A stretch of DNA of 64,000 nucleotides, taken from Rhodosorus marinus CCMP1338 (taxonomy: Eukaryota > Plantae > Rhodophyta). Numbering within the stretch: the stretch's first letter is position 1; every line of letters begins with the position of its first letter. A model generated the notes under the pieces. It did not search any database, was not told the DNA's origin, and saw nothing but the letters and a program-made list of their open reading frames with translations. The stretch covers positions 2,604,001 to 2,668,000 of the forward strand of contig JAMWBK010000005.1 of NCBI GenBank assembly GCA_029953675.1, given 5' to 3'. Made by a program: the position numbers and the translations under genes. Below are positions 1-13,061 of this stretch, piece by piece.

Positions 1-593
1 TCAAAATAGTCTGCAAAAAAAAAACAGAAATTCCTCGCACCTTGGATACCGTCCTGGAACTAGCCGTTCGAAGCAAATCACGGTAGAGATCTAAGACCTT
101 AGCTCTATAGATGAATCTGGTTAGTTCAGATGCCATAACCAGCTTCTTTCGTCAGGTAAGAGTCCATCCCAATCTAGTCTAAGAACGTCCGAAAAAAATT
201 TCCGCGGATCTGCTTGTCAAGATGTTCACCTGCTGTCAGTTTCTTCTTCTTGAAGGAGGATGCGACGAGAACAACTGGAAAAGGAGCCCCAAGTTGATGA
301 CGAAGAAGAAGACCTCGACGATAAATGATGAACCACTATCGAAGAGCATTGACTTATAAATAGAACTGAATTTCGTCCAAAAACAGGAGTTTTGCTGTAA
401 AAAGCGAAGACGACGCAGAGGAGTCTCGGTGCCGAGCAGATCGGAAGCAGAGGGTTACAAGCAATCGAGAAGGTACGTATTGACCTTGCGAGCGCTGTAT
501 TTTGGCTTGATAGTCACGGATGTCAATGTCCGAGGAAGCGCTGGCTCTAGTGGACATGTTCTCGGAAGAACGAAACCATGCAGCAATTTTCTG
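1..593 (+). CDS. Probable 3' part of an unidentified spliced gene (partial)
   Basis: Exon-like segments (EIPRTLDTVLELAVRSKSR; SDAITSFFRQ then GTAAG; SRMSMSEEALALVDMFSEERNHAAIF*) separated by GT..AG candidates. The frame could not be fully reconstructed. Confidence 0.3.
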
Positions 594-1041
594 ATCGCCG
601 CAGCCGATCTACACTGTCATCAAGTCTTGAACATCGCTGAAGTTAAGATTCAATGTTCGGGTAGAACGGGAGAGGCTGCTTATCTTCAAACCATAATGTA
701 CTTTATGTCTGATTGAGGAGGTCTACTTGTGTGGAGTCGGTGCTTAATAGCGCACTCATCTGGTCTGGATATTTGCAATGACCCAGCCCACGTACACATC
801 ATCACATTTCGGTGTCAAGCCACAGGTCGTTCGGAAAGATTTTCTTGTGTATTCATGTTGTTGAAACGCAAGTAGTTCTAGCATGCAAACACACCTTGAC
901 GCTCCTTTCCTCACTCGTTGTCCTCGTGTTCAAGCCAAACAAATCTGCGAGGACGGATCGGAAGTCCATGGAATGTGTTTGGGGGTTGACGGACAAACAA
1001 AGACAAAAAAAAACACACAAGGGCAGGGCAAACGCATTTCC

Positions 1042-3120
1042 TCAAGGAGCAGGTCGGCGGCCATGAGAACTTGAGAAATATCCTGGTGAGCCAACATCGC
1101 GAACAACGGCGATGAACGGTGAGTGCGCAGCAGATCCAAAGGGCTGCCCGTAATAACTTCCAACATGCTGGGACGAATGGAATAAAAAAATCACACAGAG
1201 CGAATCCTCAGCTATCGGATTAGAGGCTCTTCGTTGATGAGAAAGCGGCAGCAACTATGTTTCGGGCCTTACCTCCTCCGCCTCTTCCTCCTCCTCTTCT
1301 TCTCCAACACTTTCGTCGAATGTCATCGGTTTGGTTCCCCTCTCAATGGAAGGACGTTTCAGTTCCTCACCAACTTCGTGCTTCTTCTCAAACACAATCT
1401 GGCGGTAGTTGTACGTAAGCGTGCCGGCGACAAGAAGCACAAATCCAAAAGCCTGATACCAGCTGTACGAAGTCCACTGTTCTCCAAAACCACCGTTAGT
1501 AAGTACATAGAAGAAGAACAGATCCAGAACCCATACGCAGAGTGTTCGAAGCGTCTCAATCTTTTCCGGGGGAAGAAGAACAGACACAGGAAATTAGCCC
1601 AAAATATGATGATTCGATACGGGAATTGATTCAGGATCTGTTCATACAATTACTCGATGTACAGCGCTGAATCCATCCGTCACACCCATTCCACAGATGT
1701 TCTTTGGCAACCACAAGAACGATAGAAAGCAATGTCAGTTCAGGTCCAATTTAGCCTTTCATGCAAACGATAGAAACGAAACCAAGATAGGAGGAGGACG
1801 CTACGGGAGCGCTACCCGGCCTTCTCCGCCGGGGGTGGAAGGTGGGGTACGCTAAGCTCTCTCCGGGGGTGGGAAGAGTTGAGGATACTTGGGGAAAACT
1901 CACGTAGAACAACATCATAACCATGTCTGCGAACACGATCGCGGCGACCTTCCACGTATGGAAAAACATGTAGAAGCTATCCAGAGAATCTTCAAGATGT
2001 CCATGATCTCGGCCACCCATAAAGTAGGCGGCAGGCATGACGAGCACTACAGTCATCAGGACTCCAAAAAGTCCTTCCCAGGCGACGATTCTTACTGATG
2101 ACATCTTCAAGTCTTGCAAGAGAAACTCCTCACAGACAACTTGACTTGCCTAAGATCGAAAGCCAGTTAAAAGCGTCATTAGAAAACTTTCTGGAAGAGG
2201 ATGATAAGGCAGCGGAAGCGGACTCTAGTCAGGTGAAGCCGTCATTGCTCTGACGAATGGGTCCTATTCCGACAGCTTCTTCAAATCCTCCGGTTAAGCG
2301 CAATAATATGGAGAAAGGCCAGCGCAAATAGTTACCTGCATGATTTGTCCGACAACGATAATAACCACACCGAAGATTTGCTCTTGTTGGCTTGTTGGAT
2401 TGGACTCCGCCAAAACGTTCGAGGCTCCAACTATAATGATTCCCGACACTGACAGGGCAATACCACACCAGTTGTAAATATCGAGTCTCTTTTTGAGGAA
2501 AAGGATCGACAGCAGGGCGGTGAAGATCAGCTGAGCTCCTCTGAGCATCTGCAGGCAGCGGATCAGAGAGCTTGAGGTTAACCTCATCTTTCGAAAATGG
2601 TAGACTAGGAGTCAAACCTCTAAAGCATTGCGTTGATGGCGTTGCGAAGGGGTTTGGGAGACTGACCTGGTAGACTGAGACTGTCGTGTAGAGTAACCCG
2701 GTCGTACCGCAACCGGTAGCGAGGAGATCAAAGGCGGTGGGTATCATGATCAGATTAACTTGACTCCATGTGTTTGAGGTCGGGCCCTTCCCGGTTGTCA
2801 ACGACTTCTTCTCGTCATCAGTTGCTTCCACCCCTGGACGTGATTTAGGAGTCTTATCTAGGACTATACAGATGGACATTCCCACGAACATCTGCCCGGC
2901 GACAAACAGAAAAATGTTTCGTTGAGGGTAACCCTTAACACAGCAACTCAAAAGATGCTTGGTTACATACCGTAAACACCTGAAACCACGGCTTCTCAAA
3001 AGCCTGGTTTTCACTATACAACCCCGGGCCGCTCGCATAATAGATTAGCTTGGCTAAAATCGAACAAGCAGTTCCGAAAACCAAAAGCCCTACAATCGAC
3101 AACTCCTTCGAGGGTTTCAT
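1042..3120 (-). CDS. SLC35F6/CRT-like drug-metabolite (nucleotide-sugar-type) transporter, multi-exon
   Basis: Exon peptides EKPWFQ, MFVGMS, IPTAFDLLATG..LLYTTVSVYQ/MLRGAQLIFTALLSILFL, EEFLL..IVAWEGLFG match the SLC35F6 family pattern. Introns are GT-AG; the last donor is GTAAG at about 1270 and the final exon is about 1042-1166. Confidence 0.8.
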
Positions 3121-3739
3121 CTTTCAAAGAGATCTCTCCTGACTTTTACCCGCTAACACAAAGAACCTGTCGGAAAAGAAAACACAATTGACAATCACGT
3201 CAGTTGGCAGCTGAAAGCGCACAGCCAAGAGATGGCCTCGATTGCATACGTTTCTTATTCACCGAAAATAATAAAAAAGTCGTCCATGAACGAGTGGATT
3301 CCTTCCGCTCGTGTTTTTCGCAACGAAAATTCGTCAGTGCTCAGAAGTTCCCTTTCCTTCCAAACCCTTTCACAAGCTCTTAAGTCGTCGTTCCTCACCG
3401 AACCAGAGAGAAGAGCGTTTCGAAGGCGTATGGAAACCAATTCTTCCTAACCGAAAATTTTCCGTTTGCGTCTTAAAGAGAAGGAATCGATGGAAAATTT
3501 CGCTTACGAGAGTCTCGATGAAATCGATTTGGCTTCGGGGTCGGCCAATACCCATAACGAATTAAAGTGTGATCCTAATCGATGTTACCAATGATCTCAG
3601 TGGATCGAATCCAAGTTCATCGCTCAGCCGTGTTTAGTGATCCATTTTCCCGCGCCGGAATCGCATGACTTTCGCCACAGGCGCTGGATTGGGTGGATTC
3701 AGTTTTGGGGTTTGAGAAGGCCTATGGTTGTGGAAGAAC

Positions 3740-4590
3740 AGGCATAAGAGCTACAAGGTGAACTTAGAGAGGTTTATAGGCCATCCAGCTCAAACCTATT
3801 GCGTGCCACGGGGACCTGTTTACTCCAGCCCACATTGAGCTGGAGATTCAATAGAAGCCACTGTGGATCGGTTGAATTGACGGAAATTGGGTTGGAAAGA
3901 GCTACCAACATGGCAGAATAGAATTAGGTACTAGAATGAACACAAACAACCTCAGTTCAGTTCATGGCTTGTCCCACTCAAGGAGCCTCCATAAAGACTC
4001 GCTCAATGCCCCCTATCTACTCTACGTCTAAAACCGCGATATCTGAGATTCAACGCAAGCTATTCGAGGTTGATTACGTACCGAGTGGAGTAAGCTTGGG
4101 TTCGTGGAAAAGTATGGTCATAACAGAACAGAATGGAGAAGTAGAAGGGAGATGAATCAACCTCAGCTCATTGCCTGTCCCTCTTAAAAATCCGCCCAAC
4201 ACGATCTATTTAGTTTGGGGTCTAAACTGCGATCTCTAAGATACAATGCAGACCAGTCAGGATTGCCTAACGAGTGGAGTGTGTTTGGGGTTGAGAAGAC
4301 CCTTAACCAGGACAGAACAGAATAGAGAGGCAAAAGGGAGATGAATCAACCCCAGCGCATTCCCTGTCCCACTAAAACACCCACCCCAACGCCTTATATC
4401 TAGTCGAGGGTCTTAAAACCTCGATCTCTGAGATTCAATGCAACCAATTCAGGATAGCCCAACAAGTGGAGTGCAAATTTGGGGTCGAGAAGAACAAAAG
4501 CTATGACAGAACAGAAGCGAGAGGTAGGAGGGAGATGAACCTACCATCATCTCATCGCCTGTCCCACTCAAAGCCACCCAAAAAGGGTCG
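3740..4590. repeat. Diverged tandem array, ~190-200 bp unit, about 4 copies
   Basis: GGGAGATGAA..CC..TGTCCC starts at 4147, 4336 and 4530 (weaker copy near 3935). (G/A)AGAT(T/A)CAA occurs at 3843, 4045, 4238 and 4430. GAGTGGAGT and ACAGAACAGAA motifs recur at the same spacing. Confidence 0.85.
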
Positions 4591-5104
4591 CGCTCATTGC
4601 TCTTTTATATTCGGTCTGGACTGAGAAAATCCTTCTCGAAATATAGAATAATTCAAGATCCGGAGCCAATTGGAGGATCGATTTCAAAATTGGGATGGCA
4701 ACTCTGATCGAAGAGGAAGTTGTTGTTGCGGGAAGGGGAGAGAGAGAGAGGAGTGGTGTTGAAATTTTGGATGATTTGAAGTCTGTTGAAGAGAGACAGA
4801 ATTTGTTTGTTACTGTTGAGGTGGCTCAATACTGTTTACCTATTCGATTCTGGAGTCTGTTGTTTTGGGACAGTTTGTTTTATCCCATTGGTTGAATGGG
4901 TGGGTTGGCGCCACGTCGATTGTATAGAGCCAGGAGGAGTGACGAAGTACTGGAGGTAGTTGTTCGGACTTGGTTTCTTGGAAATAGAATCTAGATTACC
5001 TGTGAGACGCACGGACAGGTCGGGTATTAATGGTAGTTCTGTAGGAAGGTTCTCAGGATCGATAGAATAGGAAGCGCTTCTCGTTTTACGTATTTTAGGA
5101 CATC

Positions 5105-6519
5105 ATGGCTCTACGCCTTCGAGGACTTTTTGCCGCCGCTCCACGGAGCTTGGCGAGGGTATGGAGGTCAGAATCTCTGCTTGGCGTTTTCGGACAGAAG
5201 CGTACGCTTGGACTGGCCTCCAATAGACTGGGTAAGAGTCCTTCCTTCCGTATGGCGTGGAACGGGGGAGGGGGAGGGTTGCTTTGGTCCTGTCTTATCC
5301 GAATATCTGTGAATTATCTCGTCACGCAGCCCTCGATTTGGCAGAGAGTCGTCCTCGTGGGAAACTTGTGCTGCTCCGTGAGTTTCATAGCACCTCGCCA
5401 GCCCTGATCAAATACAGGAAGAAAACTCCCCAGCAGAAACAGGAGGAGGAGCAGAAGAAGATCTCGTTGAAAGAGGATCTTCTTGACCGTTACAAGGACT
5501 TGACCATCGCGGACCTGAGAAAATACGACTTCCGGAAGTACCCTTACGACGAGGAGATTCCACAAGACGAAGAAGTGCGCTTACTCATCGATGGTGAATA
5601 CAAGGGCGTGATGACGGTAAGCTTTTGTCGTCGCAAAGACAGCAACCAAATCGGTCCTCTGCCCACTCCGATTCCGAGGCGCACCACTGGTACCCCAACG
5701 TCGAAATAGCGCCGACTTATTGACTTTTGGTATCTTTGCTTGTGGGTCCAGGCGAGTGAAGCGTTGAGACTCGTCCGAAGCGAGGGGCTTAATCTCGTCC
5801 AAGTGAGCTTGAGAACTGGAATCCCGCTCTGTAAAGGGCTGGATTTTCGACAATACCTTCTTAATCAGAAGATTGGCCCAGAGATCGTTGAGAAGACGAA
5901 AGCTACGAATGTGAGCTAGCATTCTCCTCAGTGCGACAGTATCGTCACGATCTGAAGAGCTTTGACAAAATCATCCACCCTCTCCTGTGCATTTGAAATA
6001 GTTGAAAGTCAAGGAAGTCCGCATCTCACCTGCAATAGACCAGCGCGATATGGACAGGCTCCTAGCGAATGGGCAGAAGTTCTTAGAGGTATGTAAACCT
6101 GTTGACTACTCCGTCCTGGCACGGTCAAGATGGTCTGTTCTTCTCTACGATGGCCGGTAACTAGGCTTTAATGGGGGTTTTTGAACTACTTTGCGTCCAT
6201 TTCCAGAGATCAATGGATGTTAAAGTCAACGTCCACTTCAAGCCTCAGCATAGAGGCATGTACCAGGAAGGAATAAATAAGTTGGTAGGCAGTTTTCCCC
6301 GCTTCCACTTGCTCGGTCCCAATCCTTTTTGAGTGTAAGGATTCTGACCCAGTCGTCTGGACGCCCGTGTCGGAAACCTGAACCCTTTAGGACAAGGCCG
6401 CATCGGTGTTGAAAGAATTTGGAACCATCGAAAATTACAAGTATAGAGAAATCAAGAGGGACATGAACGGAAAGATCTTGTTCAAGCCACTTTCCTTCAT
6501 GGTCAAATGCCCGAGATGA
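5105..6519 (+). CDS. Translation initiation factor IF-3, probably mitochondrial, multi-exon
   Basis: Arg-rich presequence (MALRLRGLFAAAPRSLARVWR). IF3-N features: DEEIPQDEEVRLLIDGEYKGVMT, EALRLVRSEGLNLVQVS..PLCK. IF3-C features: LKVKEVRISPAIDQRD, DVKVNVHFK. The last-exon end is inferred. Confidence 0.8.
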
Positions 6520-6778
6520 ACCAGGACAACGCGTGGGGCGGGTGCAGCGGACCCATTCCCTGAAGCTTTTCCAGTGGGGCAAGTTTGTCCTATTCGAAAG
6601 GAGAGCATTGACGCTGCTGCTGGACTGAGAAGATCCACCTTGACGACTCCCATTTCAAAGATCGTTAGTACGTCGTAGCGAAAATTTTTCCATTCCGCAA
6701 TATGGAGGCGCTTAGTCGTAAACGGCAGATTTGTTGGGAATCATCATCTCACGATGCAGAAGAGGCGGACTCTGTCCC

Positions 6779-8174
6779 TCAAATTTTACTACTGTACAGT
6801 TCCAGGTCACCCCTAACGCGGTTGAGAAGAAACATATCGGAGTGGGTCAAGACGAGAAACCCCTCTTCTACATCCTCACGAAACCCAACGGCCAGGAGGT
6901 AGTCGAGCCCGCCGTCAGCAGCGATGACTCTCTTCTGAAAGGCTGCGTTTTCCAGTCTGATTTTTCGAAACTTGACGTCTCTAGGCTGGTTGATTATATT
7001 AGTAATATACTTGCCCATGGTTCCGTAGCAAGTCTTCCGGACATCTGCGGGATTACCATCCAGCTTCACGACCGCGGCCTGTATGCGATTCATGGAACGA
7101 AGTTTGGCTTATGAGCAGATGTGAAGAGACTTTTTTCGCCTGAATCGTTAGAGCGTGGGCGCTTGGTATCACTCACGCTCATCTCTTTGAGGGCCTTTTC
7201 CATGTCAATCGTATCGTCCTGTCCAGATGCCTCCCGCATCGCTTTCTCTTCCGCTTGCTTCTTCTTCAGCAAGTCCGTTTCCACTTTCTTCCGCGCGGCC
7301 GCCTCCTCGCTACGCTTTTCGAGCTCCTGTTCAGTAGGCGAATGGGACAAGGAGGTCAGCTTCTCGAAGTCGTCAGATTGAAAACGGGGAGGATTCCACT
7401 CACATTCGCCTTCTCTACACCGAATCGTCGAATTCGATCCTCTCGCAAAAGCTGACGAAGTCTCTCCCGCTCTCTTGCCTCATCCTCCTTGTCTTTCCTC
7501 CGTAGATCGATCGCTCTTTGTCGCTCCTGCTCCTCCACCACTTTGCGCGTCTCCGCCATCTGCTTACCCCTCTGAATCCTACGAAAATGTGTGAGCCAAT
7601 TCACAGTTTTAGCCTGTAAACTGCTATCGGATTAGAGGCAATCAGTCTTCGTTTCGCGCTGGTGTGTACCTCTCCTTTTCCCTAGTTTTCTCGGCAACCT
7701 TCTCGTTCTCCGCCTGAACCCTCCGATTCTCTGCGATCCGTTGCTTCAGTTCTTCGGCCTTGGCGGCCTTCTCCTCAGGAGTTAATTCCTTCTTCGACTC
7801 GGCAACGGCATCGGCAGGCAACGGATCATTTACGTCGGGCTCCTGATCATGTTCACCGATCCATGTTATAGCGGCATCCAGCGTTGAACCCCCATAGAAC
7901 AGACCTCTATCGCAAAAGGGACAGGGCACCAAATAAAAGCATCAAGAAACAGAGTTAGATTGACGGGACTCGGGCTGCGACTAAACAGGGAGATTAATCA
8001 GCCAAACCTCATGGCCCGGTTCCTCGGAAAACCCATCTCGATCATCTCCGCCAGAAGAGCCTCGTCAACATGAGGAGGCAGCTTAACACCTCCATCAACA
8101 GGAGACGACTCCACCGCAGCTTTAACAGACTCCGAGCCTCCATCTTCAACTTTCACCGGCTCTTTATCCTCCAT
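6779..8174 (-). CDS. UBA + coiled-coil + PUB(PUG) domain protein (p97/CDC48 cofactor-like), multi-exon
   Basis: UBA: LLAEMIEMGFPRNRAMR/GLFYGGSTLDAAITWIGEH. Charged coiled coil follows. PUB: YITNIINQPRDVKFRKIRLENAAFQKRV..GGLDYLLAVGF. The first ATG is at 8174; an upstream exon is not excluded. Confidence 0.8.
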
Positions 8175-9787
8175 TCTCACCAGCACCGGTCCACTCCCAC
8201 AACAACCAAAAAAACAGGAAAATTCCAGTTCTAATACAACAAAATCGGGCTAAAAATTCCTAATAGCTAAAGAAGGATGCAGCTAACTACCCCGTGAGGT
8301 AAACGCATTCCTTATCTACCCTATCGATCCTACCGCACATGGTCGTCAACGTGCATAACTCGACAAGGCGTCGGACATCAAGAACAATCCGTTGACAACA
8401 CCCTCTAGGAGATATTAAATGATTGAATATAAATCAATTTAAACGTAATTGATTGCTTTTGATTGAAAATATCTTCACGAGGGTTTTTGGTAGGAGATGG
8501 ACGCCCAGATGAGTTGGTTGATGCCTATGACGGGATGGAAGTTACTGACACGGCCCAGAGCGCCAGGGTGAGGCTTGAAATCTGAAAGTGAATGGTCTAT
8601 ATGGTGGAGAGATTGGATGCCAAGGTGATGGCGATATCTATTGGGAGGTAAAGATATCTAGAGGAAAAAATAGGACGGCATTATGCTAAGTCTTTTGTAG
8701 ACTTGGTACTACTTGTAGGGATCGTCTCCGGACCATCTGAAGTTGCTCTGAGAGATGGATGGGGGTTTTTTTTTTTTTCATGTCGATTTGGGTGCTTTCT
8801 GCTGCTGATGCTGTTGAGGAGGGTTTTGTAGATTCTTCTTGTCTCTCTTGGTCGTGTTGTTTGCACGCGCAAAAACTGGACAAGATCCGAATGTCCGACG
8901 GGTGGTACACGTACGTAGGATCTCCAAACTAGCAACTAGTAGCACTGCATGTGGAAACCCTCCTCATGAACAACTGCGTTCACAGCCAAGGCCGATAGGA
9001 TCCTCCATCGTGCACTTCCAATTAGAGACGATCCAAGCCCGAGGGCTTCCCGGTCAGCAGTGAACGAATCTATGGACAGACTCAGCAGGTCAATTTCGAC
9101 ACGTGCAGATAAACAATTCGCTCAATATTTATCTATACGAAAATATCTACGAAGCTCTTTTGCAACGGACTATTTTAAACCAAAATACATATCCACCCAT
9201 GACGCACACAATCTTCTTCTAAGATTCATTGGTTTAACTGGATATCTTATAACTATTATAATTACGGGGATGAGACGTAGAAAAAAGTTACTGACAGCAG
9301 GATCAGGCCCTTCTGTACTGATGACGATTCCAGAAAACTGTAGAACCCTTAGAGCCTATACCTTTTACGTTAATATAATTTCAAAATACAAATAAATTAC
9401 TATATATACAATATTATAGCGTAAACGATCACTCGGAGTTGCACAGTAGTTGCGACCGCTTTCCCCCCTTCCTCGTGCTGATTCCTGAAAATACAATTCG
9501 GCCGTAGGCGCCTAAAAATTTCAACTAGAAGATATTTCCTTTATTTGACTATTTATTTAGTTTTAATCAGAAACTTAATAAGAAGTCAAATATGATTAAA
9601 TAATTTTGTGTTTTGTGGCAGTGAATGATTGGATTTTGGCAGGTGATGAAAACTGTTGTTTTTAGGATTGGAAAAGGCGGCTTTTGAAGAGATGTCTTTT
9701 GTAAAGGTCTTTGGTTGGGGATGATGGCTCAGCTATAAGAAGGGTAGACCACTTGGGAAGGATTGCTTGACCTCGGCTAAGGGTGCG

Positions 9788-10608
9788 ATGAAAGGAGTGA
9801 GAGCAAGTTTTACGAGACTGATATTGATACTGGTTAGCATATTTTTGGCGTTGAAGACGATGGAATTTTTGTCGAAGATGTTGGGGAAGAAGAGTGCGAT
9901 GGTTGAGGAGAAGGACGCTCTGGCTGGGAGAGGGACGAATTTGGCAGTTTCTGGCTCGCACGCGATTTTTAAGACCAAATTGGATCAGGAATTCAAGGGA
10001 ATGGAAATGCTACAGGTTGGTATGGGGTGTTTCTGGGGAGCAGAGAAGAAGTTCTGGACTGTGGATGGCGTCGTTTCTACAGCGGTCGGGTACTCTGGGG
10101 GCTATACCCCGAATCCAAGTTACGAGGAGGTTTGCTCAGGAATGACTGGACATAGTGAGGTTGTGAGGATAGTTTTTGACCCTACCAAGACTTCGGTTTC
10201 TTCTCTTTTGAAAGTGGTAAGTTGAAATCTCTCGCGACGAGCCGATATGTTCCTGTTCAGCTCTCGCTAACTTGCTTTCCCTGCCTTTCTTTCCGACAGT
10301 TTTGGGAAAGTCATAATCCCACTCAGGGCAACCGTCAGGGAAACGACGTAGGCTCTCAGTACAGGTCTGCAATTTACTACTACTCAGAAGAGCAGAAGGA
10401 GCAGGCCGTTGCATCCAAGAAAATGTACCAGGAGAGACTTACTGCAAAGGACTACGGCAAGATCACGACCGAAATTCTTCCATCGAAGACGTTCTACTTT
10501 GCTGAGGACTACCATCAGCAGTATCTCAAGAAAAATCCGCGTGGATACTGCGGACTAGGAGGTACCGGAGTCTCCTGCCCTGTCTCCTTCGGCGTTTCAG
10601 CTGAATAA
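9788..10608 (+). CDS. msrA: Peptide methionine sulfoxide reductase A with N-terminal hydrophobic extension; 2 exons (intron 10217-10299)
   Basis: GCFWG active site, [55 protein letters not shown]. The intron has GTAAGT, a GCTAAC branch point and a CAG end. Confidence 0.95.
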
Positions 10609-11361
10609 GTGCTGTCTGATTACTAGTAAATCCAAATATCTAACTATTGAATAGAGATATGCCAAGCCTCATCTATGAAGTCCGTTCAGAGAATGGTGAT
10701 GAGGTCAATCGTTAGCTAGGAAACAGTGTGGAAACAGCACCCTACCATAGACGAGGACGGCTTGGGCTCCGTCAGCCTGTAATACCGTTGAATGCTTCAC
10801 TAGGGAGCTCCCTATTGGAGCCCTTAAAGAGAAAATAAGAGTATATCGATGCGCTATGAAGCCCCCGATGGGTTCTGTGGATACGCTGCGTGGAGACCTT
10901 TCGCTCTCATGCTTATCCAATGGACGTGCATGCGTTGCCGAAGAGCCAGGCTCCGTTGTGGGACAAAGCTTTCCACACAGGGGGAACAAAACTACCCTCG
11001 CTGTATCCGCAGACTCTGTGACGCGACAGTCGGATCCTTTTGGTGTCACTGGGGTTCGATGACAAACTGATTCCGATTGCCATAAAACCCTTCGGACTGG
11101 CCAGATGACACAAGATTTCCTGCGAGAAGGCTGTGATCACATGCTCACCAAGCAGTACGAGGTGCAAACAACGTGTGGGGCTCAACTAAACAGAACACTT
11201 TGCGCAGGGAACGCAGAGCTTGGTTAGGGCTTTGCGTGTGGATCAGTCGGACCAGCCACTGATTCCTTGTTTTTCTTCCTTTTAGTAGCTGGAGACCCCG
11301 GGTTGTGGGGTTAAACCCAAACATTTTCCCTAGGTTGTGATAGAATTAGTCTTGCGCTGCC

Positions 11362-11393
11362 TAACTGGAAACTCCTAGTAAAGTTTCCAGTTA
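11362..11393. other. Perfect 12-bp inverted repeat (hairpin) TAACTGGAAACT-N8-AGTTTCCAGTTA
   Basis: Read directly from the sequence; flanked further out by ACCCCGG / CCGGGGT. Confidence 0.8.
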
Positions 11394-11944
11394 CGATAGT
11401 CCGGGGTTTTCCCCCCCAATGGTTGGAAGCTTTAACTATGTAGGGAATTGAGACACTTGTGCTTGCGGATGTTGTTGTACATGTCAACCCAGGTCCAGGT
11501 CCAGCAAGAAGTTGATCAACTTTAAGACCGCGCCGTACATTGGCAGACGTTAATTTGGCACGAGCAGGGCCCTAGCTTCTTCTCTCGCTTGATCGAATAA
11601 CTTCACCTGCCAGAGAAACTTACGAATCTAACACAATCACATGGAAGCGCCTATAATCTGTAGAGCTGCTCGGAAGAGTTGACTCTGTCCGTTTGCCGAG
11701 GTTCAAAGGCTGTTGCTTCTGGGTCGCGGGGAGGAAAAAGATCAATTCCCCCTCCTCAATTCCCCCTGAACTGTTTCAGCGATTCGACGTTCGGGATCCG
11801 CGCGCCGAAGGTATTCAATTGGACGAAGCGAAGCTACTGTTCAATCCGTTCCGAGCTTACATTGTGTGGAAAGACGCTGTCGGAAACTTCTCTTTCGAAA
11901 AAGTCGCTAGTGAGCTGGCCTGTCGGTAGTTCTGATGCCATCAA

Positions 11945-12934
11945 TTACTCGTTCTTCTCTTCCTGAATATTTTGAGCGAACTCGCTGCAAGAGTATGCCA
12001 CGTTTCCACACAATGCCAATGTCAAACCAGCAAGAAGTGTGGTTCCTCCGGGAAACCCGCCGAGGTAGCTCTGTGGCCACACGATCGTTGCAAGAGACAA
12101 CACCCACGTGAACGCCACCATAGAAACGCAGAGTGTGAACCACTTTCGAGTCTGCGCCACAACGCATCCGAATACACCAGCGAGAAGCTGGAAAACACCA
12201 GCGGTAATCGTCAATTCCGGGTAGACGATCAGCATCGGCTCTTCAACGACAGGCGGGTCGTATGGACCTGGTCCCATGTATGCTCGTACAACGGAACCTC
12301 CAATGATAAAATACAGGCCGCCCAGCGTCAGGTTTATTGCCCACAACAGCAGCCTTTTCTTCGAGTATCCAGATCCTTGCGATTTCCCATCGACTTGATG
12401 TTTCCGGACAACGTTTCCAATCATGAACTGCCCGCCTTGCAGCGCGAAACACCATGAAATACCAGACAAAAGGGCAAAAACCCTGACGCAATCGTACTGT
12501 GGCAAAGTTAAATTATATGCTGGAGGTACTTGACGATCGTTCACGAGATCGTTGATAGGGGCCGCAAGAACCCATACTGTGAACACAAACCATCCCAGAA
12601 CGAACGCCAAAGCCATCCAGGCTGTTGTGATCATCTTGTTCCCAGCTTTCACCAGTAGGAGCGCACCGCCGACCAATACTCCCGCCAGACCAAACAAGAT
12701 CTCACCACAAGCAGACACAAGCAGCAGACTCTGACTGAAAGGTCCTGGCTGGGGATCAGCAAACCGGAAAGCCCTCATCGCGCCCTCGTTCATGACGAGA
12801 TAAGACCACAGAACAAACAAACCAACAGCAGTCAAAAACCCTCTTGAAAGCCCCTTGTTCGACTCCTTCTGAGCCTCAACATCAAGCTCCGCATCCATTG
12901 AGCTCAGCTCAACCTTCTCACTATCCACCGCCAT
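11945..12934 (-). CDS. Uncharacterised 8-TM membrane protein, paralogue A (329 aa, intronless)
   Basis: Long ORF with about 8 hydrophobic segments; motifs YLVMNEGA, GEILFGLAG, LGWFVFTVWVLA, WCFALQGGQF, YPxL are shared with three neighbours. The first ATG is at 12934. Confidence 0.9.
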   Translation of the reverse strand: MAVDSEKVELSSMDAELDVEAQKESNKGLSRGFLTAVGLFVLWSYLVMNEGAMRAFRFADPQPGPFSQSLLLVSACGEILFGLAGVLVGGALLLVKAGNKMITTAWMALAFVLGWFVFTVWVLAAPINDLVNDRQVPPAYNLTLPQYDCVRVFALLSGISWCFALQGGQFMIGNVVRKHQVDGKSQGSGYSKKRLLLWAINLTLGGLYFIIGGSVVRAYMGPGPYDPPVVEEPMLIVYPELTITAGVFQLLAGVFGCVVAQTRKWFTLCVSMVAFTWVLSLATIVWPQSYLGGFPGGTTLLAGLTLALCGNVAYSCSEFAQNIQEEKNE

Positions 12935-13061
12935 CACTCCCTTCTCCCCTTCCCCCCACCCCGTCCCCCCACCAAAAAAACCAGCACACACCACCACAAG
13001 CCCAAAGTCTCCAATTAACTACCAACACCCCATGCACCCCCTCACCTTCCCCTTCCCACAG

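Noticed and set aside
3740-4590. CRISPR array
   Set aside because: The whole ~190-bp unit is homologous (no unique spacers), there are no cas genes, and the context is eukaryotic.
7090-7093. ATGA stop/start overlap suggesting operon-like translational coupling in the UBA-PUB gene
   Set aside because: A short GT..AAG intron (about 7110-7172) would join the frames (..AKLRSMNRIQ-like junction), consistent with the other spliced genes.
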